Of a DNA stretch of 64,000 nt, positions 1 to 13,833 are shown in pieces. Source of the DNA: the human T2T-CHM13v2.0 reference genome, Homo sapiens; NCBI RefSeq assembly GCF_009914755.1, contig NC_060938.1; one strand, given 5' to 3'. Position numbers and translations under genes: made by a program. The notes beneath the pieces were generated by a model. It was not told the DNA's origin, made no database searches, and saw only the letters and a list, made by a program, of their open reading frames with translations. How positions within the stretch are numbered: the first letter of the stretch is position 1; each line of letters begins with the position of its first letter.

Positions 1-627
1 CTATGACAATTCCTGGCTATCTCCCCCTCCCCAATTTTCATCTCTATTTTCTCATTCTTTCACCTCTTACATCACTTCTTGATCAATTTTCACTCTGCTC
101 TCAGCAGTTTCTCTTGTAGCAGGGCCCAGTCCCAGAACAGAGCCCTAGTGAGTCAGTTTCAAGTCATCAGAAGGGCCTGACTGCTCTGGCCCCTTAGACC
201 TTGCTGGGCAAAAATCCTCTCATTTTCAGCTGCTTATCTCAAATTGGCCAGACAAGCTTCCCAGTAAATAGTTGATGGCTATTTTAGGGTCTCCTGTTCC
301 CAGACCCATCCGATGCCCTGTTGCACACAAATGCAAATAATATGCCAGCTGTGAAGCTGTTGGTAGTGTGTCCCCATCAGCTGGTATGTTGGGGCTCATG
401 AGGATACTCTGCCACCTAGTCTAGCTCTAAATGTTGTTCCTGAGCTTTTGGGTCTGCTCTCTAGTCGCTGTGTCTTTTTTTACGTGGATATAGGAGAAGA
501 CCCAGAACTACGCTGCCACTGGTGCTGCCACCTTCTCAGATTTCTTAGCTGCAAATTCTTGCCTTTCCCTCTATGGGAGCTGGAAACCCTCTACTCTGTA
601 GGGTTTGATTTATTTATTTATCAAACC

Positions 628-860
628 CTTATATAGTACTTGCTATGTGTAATGATAATGTGTTCAAAGCACATTAAAATTACTCTCTAAATCAGCCTAA
701 TAATCCTATGAAGCAGATCCTATTATTATCCCCAGTTACAGATGAAGAAACTGAAACAGAGAGAAAGTGAAGGGACTTGCCAAGGTCACACTGCTGGTCA
801 ACAGGAGACCAAGCATGTGAACCCAGGAGCAGGATCCAGAGTCAGTGCTGCACAACTCTG
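628..860 (-). mobile_element. MIR SINE
   Basis: Reverse-complement MIR core attatcccagttacagatgaagaaactga...acttgccaaggtcacac. Confidence 0.8.
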
Positions 861-1133
861 CCTCTCACGAGCACGTAAAGTGTATCTGGCCTTGTAGATT
901 CAGCACTCAACCATGACCACCACCCCACCCACTTCTCCCAAGACCCCTGTCAGATGGTATGTTTTATCCCTCCTTCAAAGACCAAGTCCAAATGTTAATT
1001 CTTCTAAGAAACCTAATGAATTCACCCAAGTAGTTAACTACAATACTTCCGCCTTCCTCCTCTCCTTTCTCCTTCTCCCCCAGTACAGACCTTCATTATA
1101 CTGCCTTTCACAGGGTGATATAATTATTTGTTG

Positions 1134-1615
1134 TGTTAAAGAAAAAATTATTCAATGATACTTGTTAAGGCAGAGTAAGGACTTTGTTCAGGTCCGTCAC
1201 GATAGGCAGAGGGACCACTGCAACTGGGTCTTGCAGTGGGAGGGAAGGAGTGGCTAGACTCCAAGTACAGCCTAAACAGGTGAAGCTTTACAGCCAAGAA
1301 GGAGGGTGGGGGTCAGTGGGTGGAAAATCACTAAGAGGAAACATGAGGAGTAGGAAAGATTCTGGCTAAACCGATCTAACAGGATTCTTGCTGAAGACGG
1401 GCCAGGGTGATCAGATAGCAACTGGGGGATGGTAGTGGCTGAGGAACCCAATCAGACACTGAGGATGATCAGGTATTAGAGAATGGGGGATTCTGGCTAA
1501 AATGACTTCACAGATTCTTTTGCTAAAACTGGATTTTACATGGAAGTGTACAGATGGGCCTAGCAGAAGATTTCGAAGTGTGGCTAAAGTTTGGCCAAGC
1601 AAGGAATCTTTGTCC
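1134..1615 (-). mobile_element. Solo ERV1 LTR, MER31/MER67-like, inserted in an L2 fragment
   Basis: Minus strand begins GACAAAGATTCCTTGCTTGGCCAAACTTTAG and ends ...AATAATTTTTTCTTTAACA; L2 sequence resumes at 1620-1720. Confidence 0.7.
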
Positions 1616-2200
1616 ATTGACATCCTTGTCTTTCCCATAGCTCAGAGAATGCTTCTGTTCATCTTATATCCCCAGAGCTTACCCAGCAGGCTCTCAATAA
1701 ACATTCATGGAATTGAGTAGGCAACAGTTTTTTGTTTGTTTTTGTGTGTGTGTATGTGTGTTTAATTTACTAGCTCAAAATGTACTTGAAAGCAGTATAA
1801 TTGCATCTTTTAAAAAGATCTGTAATTCAGGTTTTACTAAGCCTGGCTAATGAGTTTTTCTGGGTATTCTTCAGAAAAAATATAGCTTTAGATTCTTCCT
1901 GGTATTTTAACTGCTTATTTCCAGGATGCAGGGATCACTGCTTCTGTTGCTAATTTGCCAGGGAGATTCAGAGGAGAACCAGCTACCACAACCATCAGTC
2001 AGCCAGAACAGAGAGACAGAAGACGCAAATTATGCCAGGGGGAGGCAGAAGGAGGAAGAGCTAGCAGAAAAAAAGATACAGCGTGTCCACACCAGACCTG
2101 GAGAACCATCACCAGAAGGCATTCATAAATAAAAAGTAAAAATTCAAACCCAAAATACAGAGGAAGGTGGAAAAAACAAATGTCAATTAAGAAATAATCC

Positions 2201-2520
<320 letters not shown>

Positions 2521-3994
2521 CTAAACCCTGTAATTTAATGCAGGAATTTGCTATGAGAACATACAATCATATTACAGATTTCTTTATTGGTGGGCAGGTC
2601 TATGGCAGACATTGCCATACAAATATAAAGGTGGGTACTTGTAGAAAAATTTATATCCCCTCTCATTTTCAATAGAAGGCTCTAGTGTATCCTAAGAAAA
2701 GTCATAAATTATCCCAAGATGTCTCAGTCATTTTCTGGGCTTTAGCTCAATCTCTCTGCAATTTTCTCTAACAGTTGACTAAAAATATCACTGCAAAAAA
2801 AGAATAGAGAGGAAAAGGATGATTTTTTAAAAACAGGTAGGAAATATCCCTTGAAAAGAGCTAGGTCCCCACCCCCAGCCCACCTTCGTGTAAAATACTA
2901 ATGGATTTGACACCTAAACCCGGGAAGGGAAAAGGCAGGTAGGTGATTGAGCTTTTGCTCTGGGCCAGAGCCAGAACAGGGGTGCATGCTTCCCCCTCCT
3001 CTCCTTCCCATCCACCCTGCTTCCCCAACAGATACATCTGGACCCCCTCTGTGATGCAGATGTCACTAAATTACCAAGACAGCTCCCCACAGTCTGACAG
3101 GCTCAGAGAGGGTGAAACTTGGCTTCCTTCTTGACCAGACAGGATATGAATTCCTTCTTCCCCACACTCATGTGTTATTTCAATGGTCTGCCCTTGAGGG
3201 GCGGCCTGCAGAGGCCACACTTAAACTCTCTTGTGGGCTTCTCTGTCCAGCTGCACCCCATGAGGTTTCAACTTGAAGAGCTACATATTTGAAGTCTTAA
3301 AAAAGTTCAAGTCTGGGAGGCTGTGGGAGCAAATGTTCTCAACAACTAAACCAGGGAAGATGATAGCTCCCTTTCCTGCTGCGGGAACTCTGGAATCCCA
3401 TCCAGATGTGTGGGTTAGGCACCCTCCTCGGAAGGAGGCCTACAAGACCAAACTTCCACTGGGCTAGGATCTTCCCAGAAAAGACTCTTTCAGAGCCAGC
3501 TTGAGGCACTTAATAAAGCCACCGTTATTGTATTTCCCTCCAACCACAAAGACAGGGTAGAAAGCAGAGGTCTCTATGATCTTTCCAGAAAATGTGTTAT
3601 TTCTTGCTAAGGTCAAGGAAATTGTTTGATGCCTGGCACTCACCATTCTCCTTTAACAGAATGAGATCATATCCAGGAAGACCTAGGTGGTCGTAGTGTA
3701 TCTCCCGCTTTACCACAAAGAAACAAGAATAGGAGCCGTAAGTTCCATGAAGCCGGTCTGGGCTGTCCTATTCGGCCTTAGATCCCCAGCACCTAGCACA
3801 ACGTGCACAGGTGTTACATCAACTACTTTTACAGACAATATGCAACTCTCAGATAGACATCTATGAGCCACAGCCGTCTCAGCTGAAAATGAAAAGTACA
3901 TCCATTTATTCATTCATTCATGGATGCACAACTATACACCAGACACTGGGGCATAACAGGTACAGATCTGTTCCCACGCAAAATTGACCAAAAT

Positions 3995-4310
<316 letters not shown>

Positions 4311-4447
4311 GACCAAAATTCCTGCCCAAGTGGAACTTAGGTTCTACTGATGGGAGACAACTGTAAACAAATTAAATAAGACAAAATACAAATGGGGGCA
4401 AAGGGTTAAATTCCTTCCCTCTTCTTTTGAGAATTTAACCTCAGGTT

Positions 4448-4768
4448 GGCCGGGCACAGTGGCTTGCGCCTGTAATCCCAGCACTTTGGGAGGTCCAGGT
4501 GGGCAGATCACTTGAGCCCAGGAGTTCGAGACCAGCCTGGGCAATGTGGTGAAACCCCGTCGCTACAAAAAAACAAACAAACAAAAAAACAAAAATTAGC
4601 TGGGCCTGGTGGCACGCACCTGCAGTCCCAGCTATTTGAGGTTGACATGGGAGGATTGCTTAGCCCTGGGAGGTCAAGGCTGCAGTGGGCCGTGACTGCA
4701 CCACTGCACTCCAGCTTGGGTGACAAAGCAAGACCCTGCCTCAAAAAAACAAACAAAAACAACAAAAA
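4448..4768 (+). mobile_element. AluJ
   Basis: cacttgagcccaggagttc and ggaggattgcttagccc; TSD taacctcaggtt / taacctgaggtt. Confidence 0.9.
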
Positions 4769-5386
4769 TAACCTGAGGTTAACTTTCCAGTTTTGTTTCC
4801 CTAGAAAGCCTAAAAAGATAAAATGTCAATTATGTTACTAGGCAACACTTCCTATGATAAAAATGGCCCCTGATTGATAACTTGCAGCCAGACTGGGAGG
4901 AACTGTAAATACCTGATAGGAACACTGTGTCTTTGGGCTTCCCTGAGTGTGCTGATTCTTACAACTGAGCATATCCCTTGGAAGACCCTGAGGACGTGGG
5001 GCCTGAGATGTTAAGCCAGGGCAGATGGCAAACCTACCCAATGTGAGTCTCATTCCCTAGCACCTGAGCTGTCACTTGAGGTGAAAAGGAACAAACAGAG
5101 CAGCTCCTGGGTGGCTGTAGGGACTGCTGGGAGAACTCATGTGGAAAGAAGCCCCTGACCTTTCCCTGCTGGCAATTTGTGGTTCTGTCCTATATCTATC
5201 TAAGTAGATGGGTGTCAAGGGCAGCCTATGAAATTCTTGTGAGTTGGAATCTTTCACTAAACCTAACAAATTCCCTGGCTTATAGTGTATTTGATGCCAG
5301 TTAAATGCTAAGGAGTAAAATAAAGCAGAGAATAAAGGATGAGTTGGCTGGACAAGATGCCTTTGAGGATTCTTTTGGGTCTAAAC

Positions 5387-5608
5387 CAAGCTTGTTCAAC
5401 CTGTGGCCCACATGCGACCCAGGATGACTTTGAATGCTGCCCAACACAAATTCACAAACTTTCTTGAAACATTATGAGATTTATGCACAGACCTTTTTTT
5501 TTTTTTTAAGCTCATCAGCTTACATTCATGTTAGTGTATTTTACGTGTGGCCCAAGACAATTCTTCTTCCAATGTGGCCCAGGGAAGCCAAAAGACTGGA
5601 CGCCCCTG
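5387..5608 (-). mobile_element. MER30 (hAT-Charlie DNA transposon MITE)
   Basis: Termini caagcttgttcaac ... ggacgcccctg; internal gtggcccaagacaattcttcttccaatgtggcccagggaagccaaaag; ctaaac on both flanks. Confidence 0.85.
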
Positions 5609-8179
5609 ACTAAACAATAAGATCACCACTCCCTTCACCCCACCTCACCTTTGCCAGTTAGCTCCTACTTTCCAATTCATCTTCAGGTTTCTGCTCAGTC
5701 ACTTCCTCAGGAAAACCCCCCATGACCACCAATTGTAGGTTAATTTCATTTTAAAATGGACTCTCAGAAATGGGTACCTTTCCTCCTCAATGCTGTAACT
5801 ATCTTAGGCTATAGTTATACATCCAAGAGTATAACGATCTGATTTCTCTCTGACAGCAAAAGCCTGTCTGGCTGCTCACCATTTTATCCCCAGCACCCAA
5901 AGAATGCCTGGCTCAGAGTGGAAGCTGATAAACACTGGTAGAACAAGTGAATGCCGTAACACATCATCTGAAACCAACAGCGGAGGGCAGTATCCCTCAG
6001 ACCACATGGTGTGTTCCTGCAGTGTGTTCATTCACGATACTCCCATCCAGAGCATGAGCAAGAGCTGCTCTGAAAATACTGCCGTCTGATAAGGTCTTAT
6101 ATCAGCAATTCCCAGGGCATGAATCTCCCGTTATGTCAAGAGGTACCAGGAGATGCTACAAAAATTAACTCTGACTTTTAGACACGAAATTATATAACCA
6201 TCTTTCTAAAAGAAAAGCTGCAGGTGAAAAGCTAAGGTAAGAAAAGAAAATAGTATTATCTTCCCCTTTCCTAAAGGCATAGCCCACTGGTAATTTACTT
6301 GTTTTTTCTTCTCCTGCTGGACTAGAAATTCCACAGGGACCATTTGCTGTCTCGACCCTAGTTCCTGACACGTAAATATTTGACAGATGAATAAATATGT
6401 GAATGGATAAACAAACAAGCACGGAATCTATTCCTCCACTCCTGCTCCCATTAAAACTGAAAACCACTACCCAAGACAAATGCTAACCAGTTCATCTGTC
6501 AAGGAATTCCAGTTTCTTGGTGGTGATTAAAGGAACTGTAGCCTGCCTTCCAAGAGGCAGCATATCACCGGTAAACCATGCAGGGAGGGGCCTTTGGGAG
6601 ATACAATTAAATGCCAATCACTAACCTCCTCCCCGACTTTGGAAGCTTAGAATGACCCACCCCATTTTTCTGCTGAAACCAAGGAGAGATCAACACAAAC
6701 GCACCCATCTTGCTGAATGCTGAGGAAGCTTTCTGACGGCATCAGATCTCTAACCCTCACTAAGTGCTAGCACTTGTGAAGTACACTGAAAGTAATTACC
6801 TGTCTCCACAATTCATCACTGAAAAGAGGGGTTTCGGAATTTCATAATTAAAATCGTTAGAGATTCTTTTGTTTCCACACTAAGGTTTTGATGGCATTAA
6901 GGGATGAGCAAGACCTAGCCCACATTTAAACAGAACAGATAAGATCGGGCTGATGCTTTTTATTCATACATAATTACGTCTAGACTTGCTTTATCTTTAT
7001 TTTTTTAATTACGTGAGACCAATTAGAAGACGATAGACTAGCTTTTTAAGGTCCTTAATTTTCAAGTGTAATATATTGCTATGCTGCTCCTGACTCCATT
7101 TTCAAGAAGGTACTGACAGGGCATGGTCAGTATGGCCCAACTGATGAGAGGACTGAACTGGAAGACAGGAGCAAGAGGACAGGTCCCAGCTCTGCCCTAG
7201 TCAGTTGTGTGACCCTGAAGAAAATCATATTACCTTGCTAATCAACTGTTTCCCCAATGATACATAAACTCCATAAAGCCAGCGACTGGGTCTGACTCAT
7301 TCACTTAGAACAGTATTTGGCACTAGTAAGTAACCTAGTAAGGGTCTCCATCAATGTTTGTTGAATAATTAGTGAACAGGATTTCTCTGAATCTCATGTA
7401 TCAAGAGAAGTGATGGAAACAAATGCTCTCTAACAGCTGTTGGAGCTTCCGGATTTTCCGAATAGAAACTGCACCATCAGTTCAACTATTACGAAGATCT
7501 CCCTTCAAAGTGAAATGACTCATATGAAGAGCGTGGAACAGCGATCTAGGTGAGTCAAGTCTTCCAGACATGTGAGTGCCCAGGCGACATGTGGCATCCC
7601 CAAGTTGGCCTTAGCTGGCCAGGCTGCAGGAAGGCGCCCTATATCTCACGCTACTCCATCAACTTCCATTCTGAAGCTGTTAAAGCAGCTCTCACACAGA
7701 CTCCCTCCTGGCTCTGTCCCTCCCGGCTCTATCCCTCCCTCCATCATCCCCACCTTCCTAGTATGGTTCCTGCTGAGGTTAAAATGTAGCCTGTGGCCAA
7801 AAACCAAGTAAAATGAACCTGATCCTACTAAAATGGGGGACGTGGCTCTGGTGGCACTAGATTCCTGGTGGCCAAATGAACTACCCTGTTCTTGACCCTT
7901 CCCAAAACCCCACCTTCCAGATCCAATGGCTTCTCCACACCTAGAGAATGAATTCCCTATTCCTTAGCCTGCTGTTTAATCTTCCACCATCATTCTGCCA
8001 TCGGTCCTTCCAGCATGAACTCCACCTTAGAAAAGAAAATGGAAGGGGAAGAACATTTCTAGGAAGTGGCCTGTATACAGAGCTGCAATTCATCCTGTAT
8101 CATCTGCTCCTCAACTTCCCCTGTCCAGCTTCTGCTCTTACCACTCCACCAAGTTTGTTCAGGGTCACAGATGTCTTCC

Positions 8180-9390
8180 ATGGTATCTGATCCAGGGGTC
8201 ACAATTTGGTCTTCTTTATTAACATCTAAGCAGCATTCAGCACAGGTGACCACTTCCTCTTTCCTAGCACAGGTTCCCGTTTTGGCTTTCACAAGGACAC
8301 ACCCTCACGATTTCCCTTCCACCTCTGGCAGTTCCTTCACAGGATCCTCCTCCTTTACTCAACTTCCAACTCTTGCAGGTCTTCAGGCCAAGTCCTGGGC
8401 TGTCTTCTCTCTTTACTCTCTGCCCCTTCACTGATCTCATTCAATCCTGTGGCCTTAAATATAATCAATATGCTGAAATTCCCCATTTATAACTCAAGTC
8501 AAACCCGTCTTCTGGTCATGTTGACACTTCCACTTAGACATCTCACAGGCATCTTAAACCTAACATGCCAAAGGCAAATTCTTGATTTCTCCTTTTCCAG
8601 ATCTGATCCTCTCCTTGTCTCCACGCATCTAACCAATGGTTCAAGGCTGAAACTGGGGAGTCATCTCTGGTTCCTCCATTTCCCTTACCCTCTGTCCCCC
8701 AAATCCAATCCACCAGCAGTCCTAACTCTAGTAGTTCTAACAGACATCTCAAATGCATCCACTTCTCTTGGTCTCTATACCCTTTGTTATCTCTAAGATA
8801 CACATCTAATGTCTTCACCACCTAGTATCACCTACCCTTTGTCCTGGTGACTCAGGGACTTTTCTTTGGACAACCATCACTCTCCCACTATATGCTGCAC
8901 AGTGGACCTTCCTTCTTCTGGGTAAGCCAGACTGAGACAGTTTGTGACCCTCCTCCTTCCAATGCTTCTACTACATTGGACTCCTTTCTGATTCTTGAAC
9001 ACTCCAAGCTCTTTCCCGGGTCAAGACCTCTGCACATTTTGCACCCACTCCTTGGAGCTCTCTTTCCCCTGTGCTTGACCTGGTTAGTTCCTTCTCACCC
9101 TGCAAGTCTTGGTCTCATCTCAATGTCACCTCCTCCGGAGACCTGGCCAGGCCACCCTATCTAAGCAGGGGCCTTCTGTTATTTGCTTTCACTGCACCCA
9201 TTCACTTCCTAGCACCTATTCCAATTTGTAATTATATATGACCAGTACTTACATATTATCTGTCTCCCTCACTAGACTGTCTCCTCCCTGAGAGCCTGGA
9301 CTATGTCTCTTATATTGGCCAACATATACTAGTACTGAGCACAGTACTTGGTACTTAGCAGAACTCAACAAATACTCGTTGAATAACTGA
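8180..9390 (+). mobile_element. L2 LINE, 3' portion
   Basis: L2 motifs (cttagacatctcacaggcatcttaaacctaacatgcc; ctagactg...; agtacttggtacttagcagaactcaacaaatactcgttgaataa terminus). Confidence 0.75.
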
Positions 9391-9834
9391 CCAAACCCAC
9401 TGCATGCCAGGTCCCATGCTGAAAGCTTTATAGGAACATCCCCAGATGTCTACAGAAACCATCACTCCAGCCAGACTGGTCTCATATCCTGTAGAATACA
9501 CACAATACCGAGTACAGTTCTAACTCCACACTCTACCAACCACTGGAACGTCCCTCTGGTGCTTCCCCATCTGTAGGCATCTACACCATCTCAAGCCCAC
9601 TTTTCCAAATCTTCACTCCCCTTTCCAAATCACATGGCCCTTCCAGCAGAGCAGTGCTCCTGTTTGCTTCTATGGCAACCTTGACTTCCCCAGTGATAAC
9701 ACATACAACTATCCTGAAATGGCTTATTTTAATTCCTAATTCTCCATGAGACTCAGTTCTCCATGAATTCTAGGAGGGCAGGGACTTTGTCTCTTCTCTT
9801 CACCACTCGTCCCCACAACCTAATGTAGGCCCTG

Positions 9835-10263
9835 TGATATGGTTTGGATGTGTGTCTCTACCCAAATCTCATATTGAAATGTAATCCCCAATGTCGGAAA
9901 TGGGGCCTGGTAGGGGGTGACTGGACCGTAGGGGTGAATTTCTCATGAATGGTTTAGCACCATCACCCTTGGTACTCCTCATGATAACGAGTGAGTTCTC
10001 ATGCGAACTGTTCGTTTAAAAGTATGTGGCACCCTGCCTCGCCCTCACTCTCTTGCTCCTGCTCTGGCCATGTGATGGCCCTGCTCCCCCTTTGCCTTCC
10101 ATCATGATTGCAAATTTCTTGGGGCCTCCCCATAAGCCAAGCAGATGTCAGCATCATGCTTCCTGTAGAGCCTGTGGAACTGTAAGCCAATTAAACCTCT
10201 TTTCTTTATAAAATACCCGGTCTCAGGTATTTCTTTATAGCAATGAGAGAACGGGCTAACACA
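9835..10263 (+). mobile_element. MSTA-type MaLR solo LTR splitting an L2 3' end
   Basis: TGATATGGTTTGG...ccaattaaacctcttttctttataaa...CTAACACA; gccctg on both flanks (9829-9834, 10264-10269). Confidence 0.88.
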
Positions 10264-10765
10264 GCCCTGGCACGGATGGTACACAATGAATCCTCATTAA
10301 CTGAATGAACAAATGACCCTACTCGAATGCATGAATAAATGGGCCTGGAATCTTCAGCTCATTTAAAGTGATCTGGTGTTCTTTCATTGTTTATGCTTTT
10401 ACAGAACCATGTCATAACCTTTAAAGGTACTAATGTTTATGTCTTCATCTTTTTTCTTTTCTCTACCATCTGCCAGATGACAAGGCCCATTTCCTTTTCA
10501 TCTCCGTATCTCTTGAAGAGGGTTGCATACAAAAAAGTGGTGGTTATTAAATGCTTACAGGAAACGTGTGTGAATTCTCTTATGTTCACTGCAGTGGACT
10601 CCTACTGTCAAAAGTAGTGTGCAGTTTTAAACGTGAACACTTGCTACCACTGCAAGAGGGAAGATGACCTCCAGAAGGCCAGAATGCAAAGGCTAAGTTG
10701 CTCAAGCACCAAGAGAGACAACTGCATCCAGCAAAGCATGCTCACGTCCTGGCGGGCGCCCTCAC

Positions 10766-10934
10766 CATGATCACCTCCCCACAATCACATGGGATGTGGG
10801 AGCCTGTCTGCTGCTGCTGCTGTTGTATCTGAGACATAAGCCCAGGAAGCACCCTCCTCAGCAGCCCATAGGATACAGAAGGGCCTCTTGGACTCCTTTT
10901 CCTGCCTTCTAAGTCTAGGTTACACTGAGCAGGG
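10766..10934 (-). other. Candidate exon (probably 5' UTR, ending in ATG)
   Basis: Minus acceptor tctctttgcaattgtttag|, donor ATG|gtgagg, alternative donor gac|gtgagc at 10746; unique sequence; contains (CAG)5. Confidence 0.3.
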
Positions 10935-11363
10935 CTAAACAATTGCAAAGAGATTATATGGGAAGATTGAAAGCTTTTTAAAGTAGATGCATAGTGGTGA
11001 TGAGTGGTCTATTTGTTTGATTATAAAAACAGAGGTCCAAAAGCCCTTCCATACCACTTTATTCCCTGGCTTGGCTGCAAGTACCTGAGGGGAGCCCAAG
11101 GTCTGAACCATCCCTGCCTGACTTCCTGCTTTCTGAGTCAAGGCCTCCCATGCAGCACTCGGTGATGTAACCTAGAAAATGGTACAACCCCATGGGTGCA
11201 TCTCCCGGCTGACAGTCATTTGCCTTTTGCATCAATTTATCTCCACCCCACCTGAATTAAAATCAATTCAAAGCCAGTGAAAACACACTACAATCCGTTT
11301 TGCCTACCCAGGACACCTGACACAGCTAACAAGAAGCAAGGTTACTTTAAATGTGCTTTGCTA

Positions 11364-11580
<217 letters not shown>

Positions 11581-12449
11581 GAGGTAAAAATCCAAAATTG
11601 ATTGACATGCCCAAATCAAGCTTCTCTGGCAATTCTGGCGGCAATGACTCAAGTAGGGAGTAACATTATCTTCTCAGAAGGCCGAGGGGAACCCGAGGGT
11701 GAGGCCGTTTCTCTGCTGCTAGCTGGGCTGTGAAATGAATACCCAGTGCCACCGCGGTCAGACCAGTCAGTCCCACCTATTTTCTCTGAAAGTGATTAGA
11801 ATGTTATCCAAGCCCATGGTTATGCACCTTGAGCAGCATTGCCTTAAGCCAGCGCCACTGTAAAGAAATGCCCTGCCTCCAAGCCCTGGCAATGTCCGGC
11901 TCGGTCATCTACTTCTCCACAAGCTCCCACTGCAACCAGGACGTGACCTGAATCTGGTCCCACTTTCAGCTGGTAAGTCAGCCAGGCGTCGTCACCATTG
12001 GAAGTCACAATTTACCTCCTGCTGTTTGCCTGACACCCCACCAGGTGCTTCCATGTGCATATTTTTATTTGCTCCTCACTACTGCTCTCCGAGGTGACTG
12101 ATATTCACCCTACTACACAGATAAAGAACCTGAGACTCAGAGGAAGAAAGGGCTGGTTCCAAACCCAGCACCTGAGCTGCCCTCACACAAGCGCTTGCTT
12201 TGGCGAGGCGACTTGGAGCCCTCAGAGGCGGCAATCCTGGCCCTCTGAGGCTACTGTTCTGCTTTCACCCTCTGCGGAGCCTCAACAAGATGTTTTTTCA
12301 GCCTTAACAGGCTTGTTGCTGCCACCCAGAGGGATAAGAGAAATAGATGTGAAATGGATCTGGGTACATTCCAAGTCAGACCGCGCCCAGAGACTCGGGA
12401 CTGGGAGGTGGAGGAAGTTACCGGCCTGGATGACAACTAGCTGTTCTCT

Positions 12450-12600
12450 CCTGCCTCATAAGGAAAGAGGGAGCCCAGGAAGGGAGGAACTAGGAAGGAA
12501 GGGAAGGAAAAGATGTGAAGGAGAAGAAAAAGAGGGGTGGGAGAGGGAAGAGGACGAGCCAGAAAGGGAGGCCGGGAGAGGAGGGCGAGGAGAAAGAGAT
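12450..12600. repeat. GA-rich low-complexity polypurine tract
   Basis: agggaggaactaggaaggaagggaaggaaaagatgtgaaggagaagaaaaagagggg...gagggcgaggagaaagag. Confidence 0.8.
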
Positions 12601-13684
12601 GCTTTGTGACGCGCTGTAGATGAGACACGGGGGAAAGCCTTAGGAGAAATCACCCAACCAACAGAGGCTGGGAACTGTCTGTGGGCGATGTCCTGTCCGG
12701 GGTCAAGTGCTCCCTCACAGAGGGAGGGTGATGGACAGTCAATCCCTCCCATCGACTCCATCCACACCGAGCCACAGCGCTTCCCACACAGTGGCACAGT
12801 GGTGAAAGGACTGGAGCCCAAGGAACTGTGTGACTGCAGCAAGGCACATCCCCTGTGAGTCTAAATTTTTCTAAACAATAGGGGCAATACTGCTCACATT
12901 GCCCACTGCACATGGTGGAGCGGCAACGCTGTGAGGACCAGTGACCATGAAGGACAAGTGTTTAAGCCAAACTTAAAAGCAGCCCTTGGATCTAACACAT
13001 CAGAAGGGGCTTAGGAACTGGTCCTGGCATCAGGTTTTCTGAAAGAGATGCCCAAGTCCACCAGTTCCGCAGTGACTTCTGGAAAAGATGGGAGAGTTCT
13101 AGAAGAATCAGATTCAAGACTATAATTCAGTGAGTCCTCAGGAATGACAGCTAAAAAGCTGAGTATACATTTAAGTATATTTCTAAAGAAAAACATTGTG
13201 TTTCATCAATTCCATCTCTTATTGCCAAACTCTAGTGTATTTTCCTACTACTGAAAATCAGTCAATCCTGTCCATTATATCCTTTCAGATACACAGAAGA
13301 AAACTGCAGAAGAGCAAAAGGAGTGAGACAACTGGGAGCAAGTACCTCACAAGGAAGCGTGGGAAGCTGCTGGTGCTTAGGGACAGCAGTTACCTCCATT
13401 CTGTCCCCGCTTGCTGTAGGCATCCAGTGACAAATGAGCCCTGGCTGTGGCCCTCAGGCCCTGCGTAGCCCACTGGTATGGGTCAAGCAGCCCTGACAGC
13501 ACTTGGCATGTTCAAAACCTCCCAACGGTTTTTCTCCTTGGGGTATATTCTGTGGCCCCCAAACTGGCCCTCACCTCCACCTCCTAAAAGTAATTCCTCA
13601 CTACTGTTGCACCGTCCCAGCCTTGAGCTAGTTGCACCAGCAGGGACTGCAGCTAACAGGGACCTTTGAGAGTACCTGGCCCAG

Positions 13685-13833
13685 GGCTGGGAGTGGTGGC
13701 TCATGCCGGTAATCCTAACACTTAGGGAGGCCAAGGCAGGCAGATCCCTTGAGCTCAGGAGTTCAAGACCAGCCTGGGCAACATAGCAAGACCTCGTCCC
13801 CCCCGCAAAAAAAAAAAAAAAAAAAAAAAAAAA
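13685..13833 (+). mobile_element. FLAM_C-like free left Alu monomer
   Basis: Left arm only plus long A tail; 17-bp TSD tgagagtacctggccca at 13667-13683 and 13837-13853. Confidence 0.9.

Noticed and set aside
1-550. Possible antisense 5' UTR of a very old L1M
   Set aside because: Resemblance too weak to call without a profile search.
1925-2133. Plus-strand acceptor cttatttccag| followed by AATAAA at 2128, with a 68-aa ORF starting MQGSLLLLLIC
   Set aside because: No partner donor identified; the signals and the short hydrophobic start are common by chance.
10808-10822. (CAG)5 as a polyglutamine locus
   Set aside because: Too short, and coding status is unsupported.
12055-12609. 184-aa ORF
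   Set aside because: Non-ATG start, begins in a MIR fragment and ends in the GA-rich tract; no homology that I recognise.
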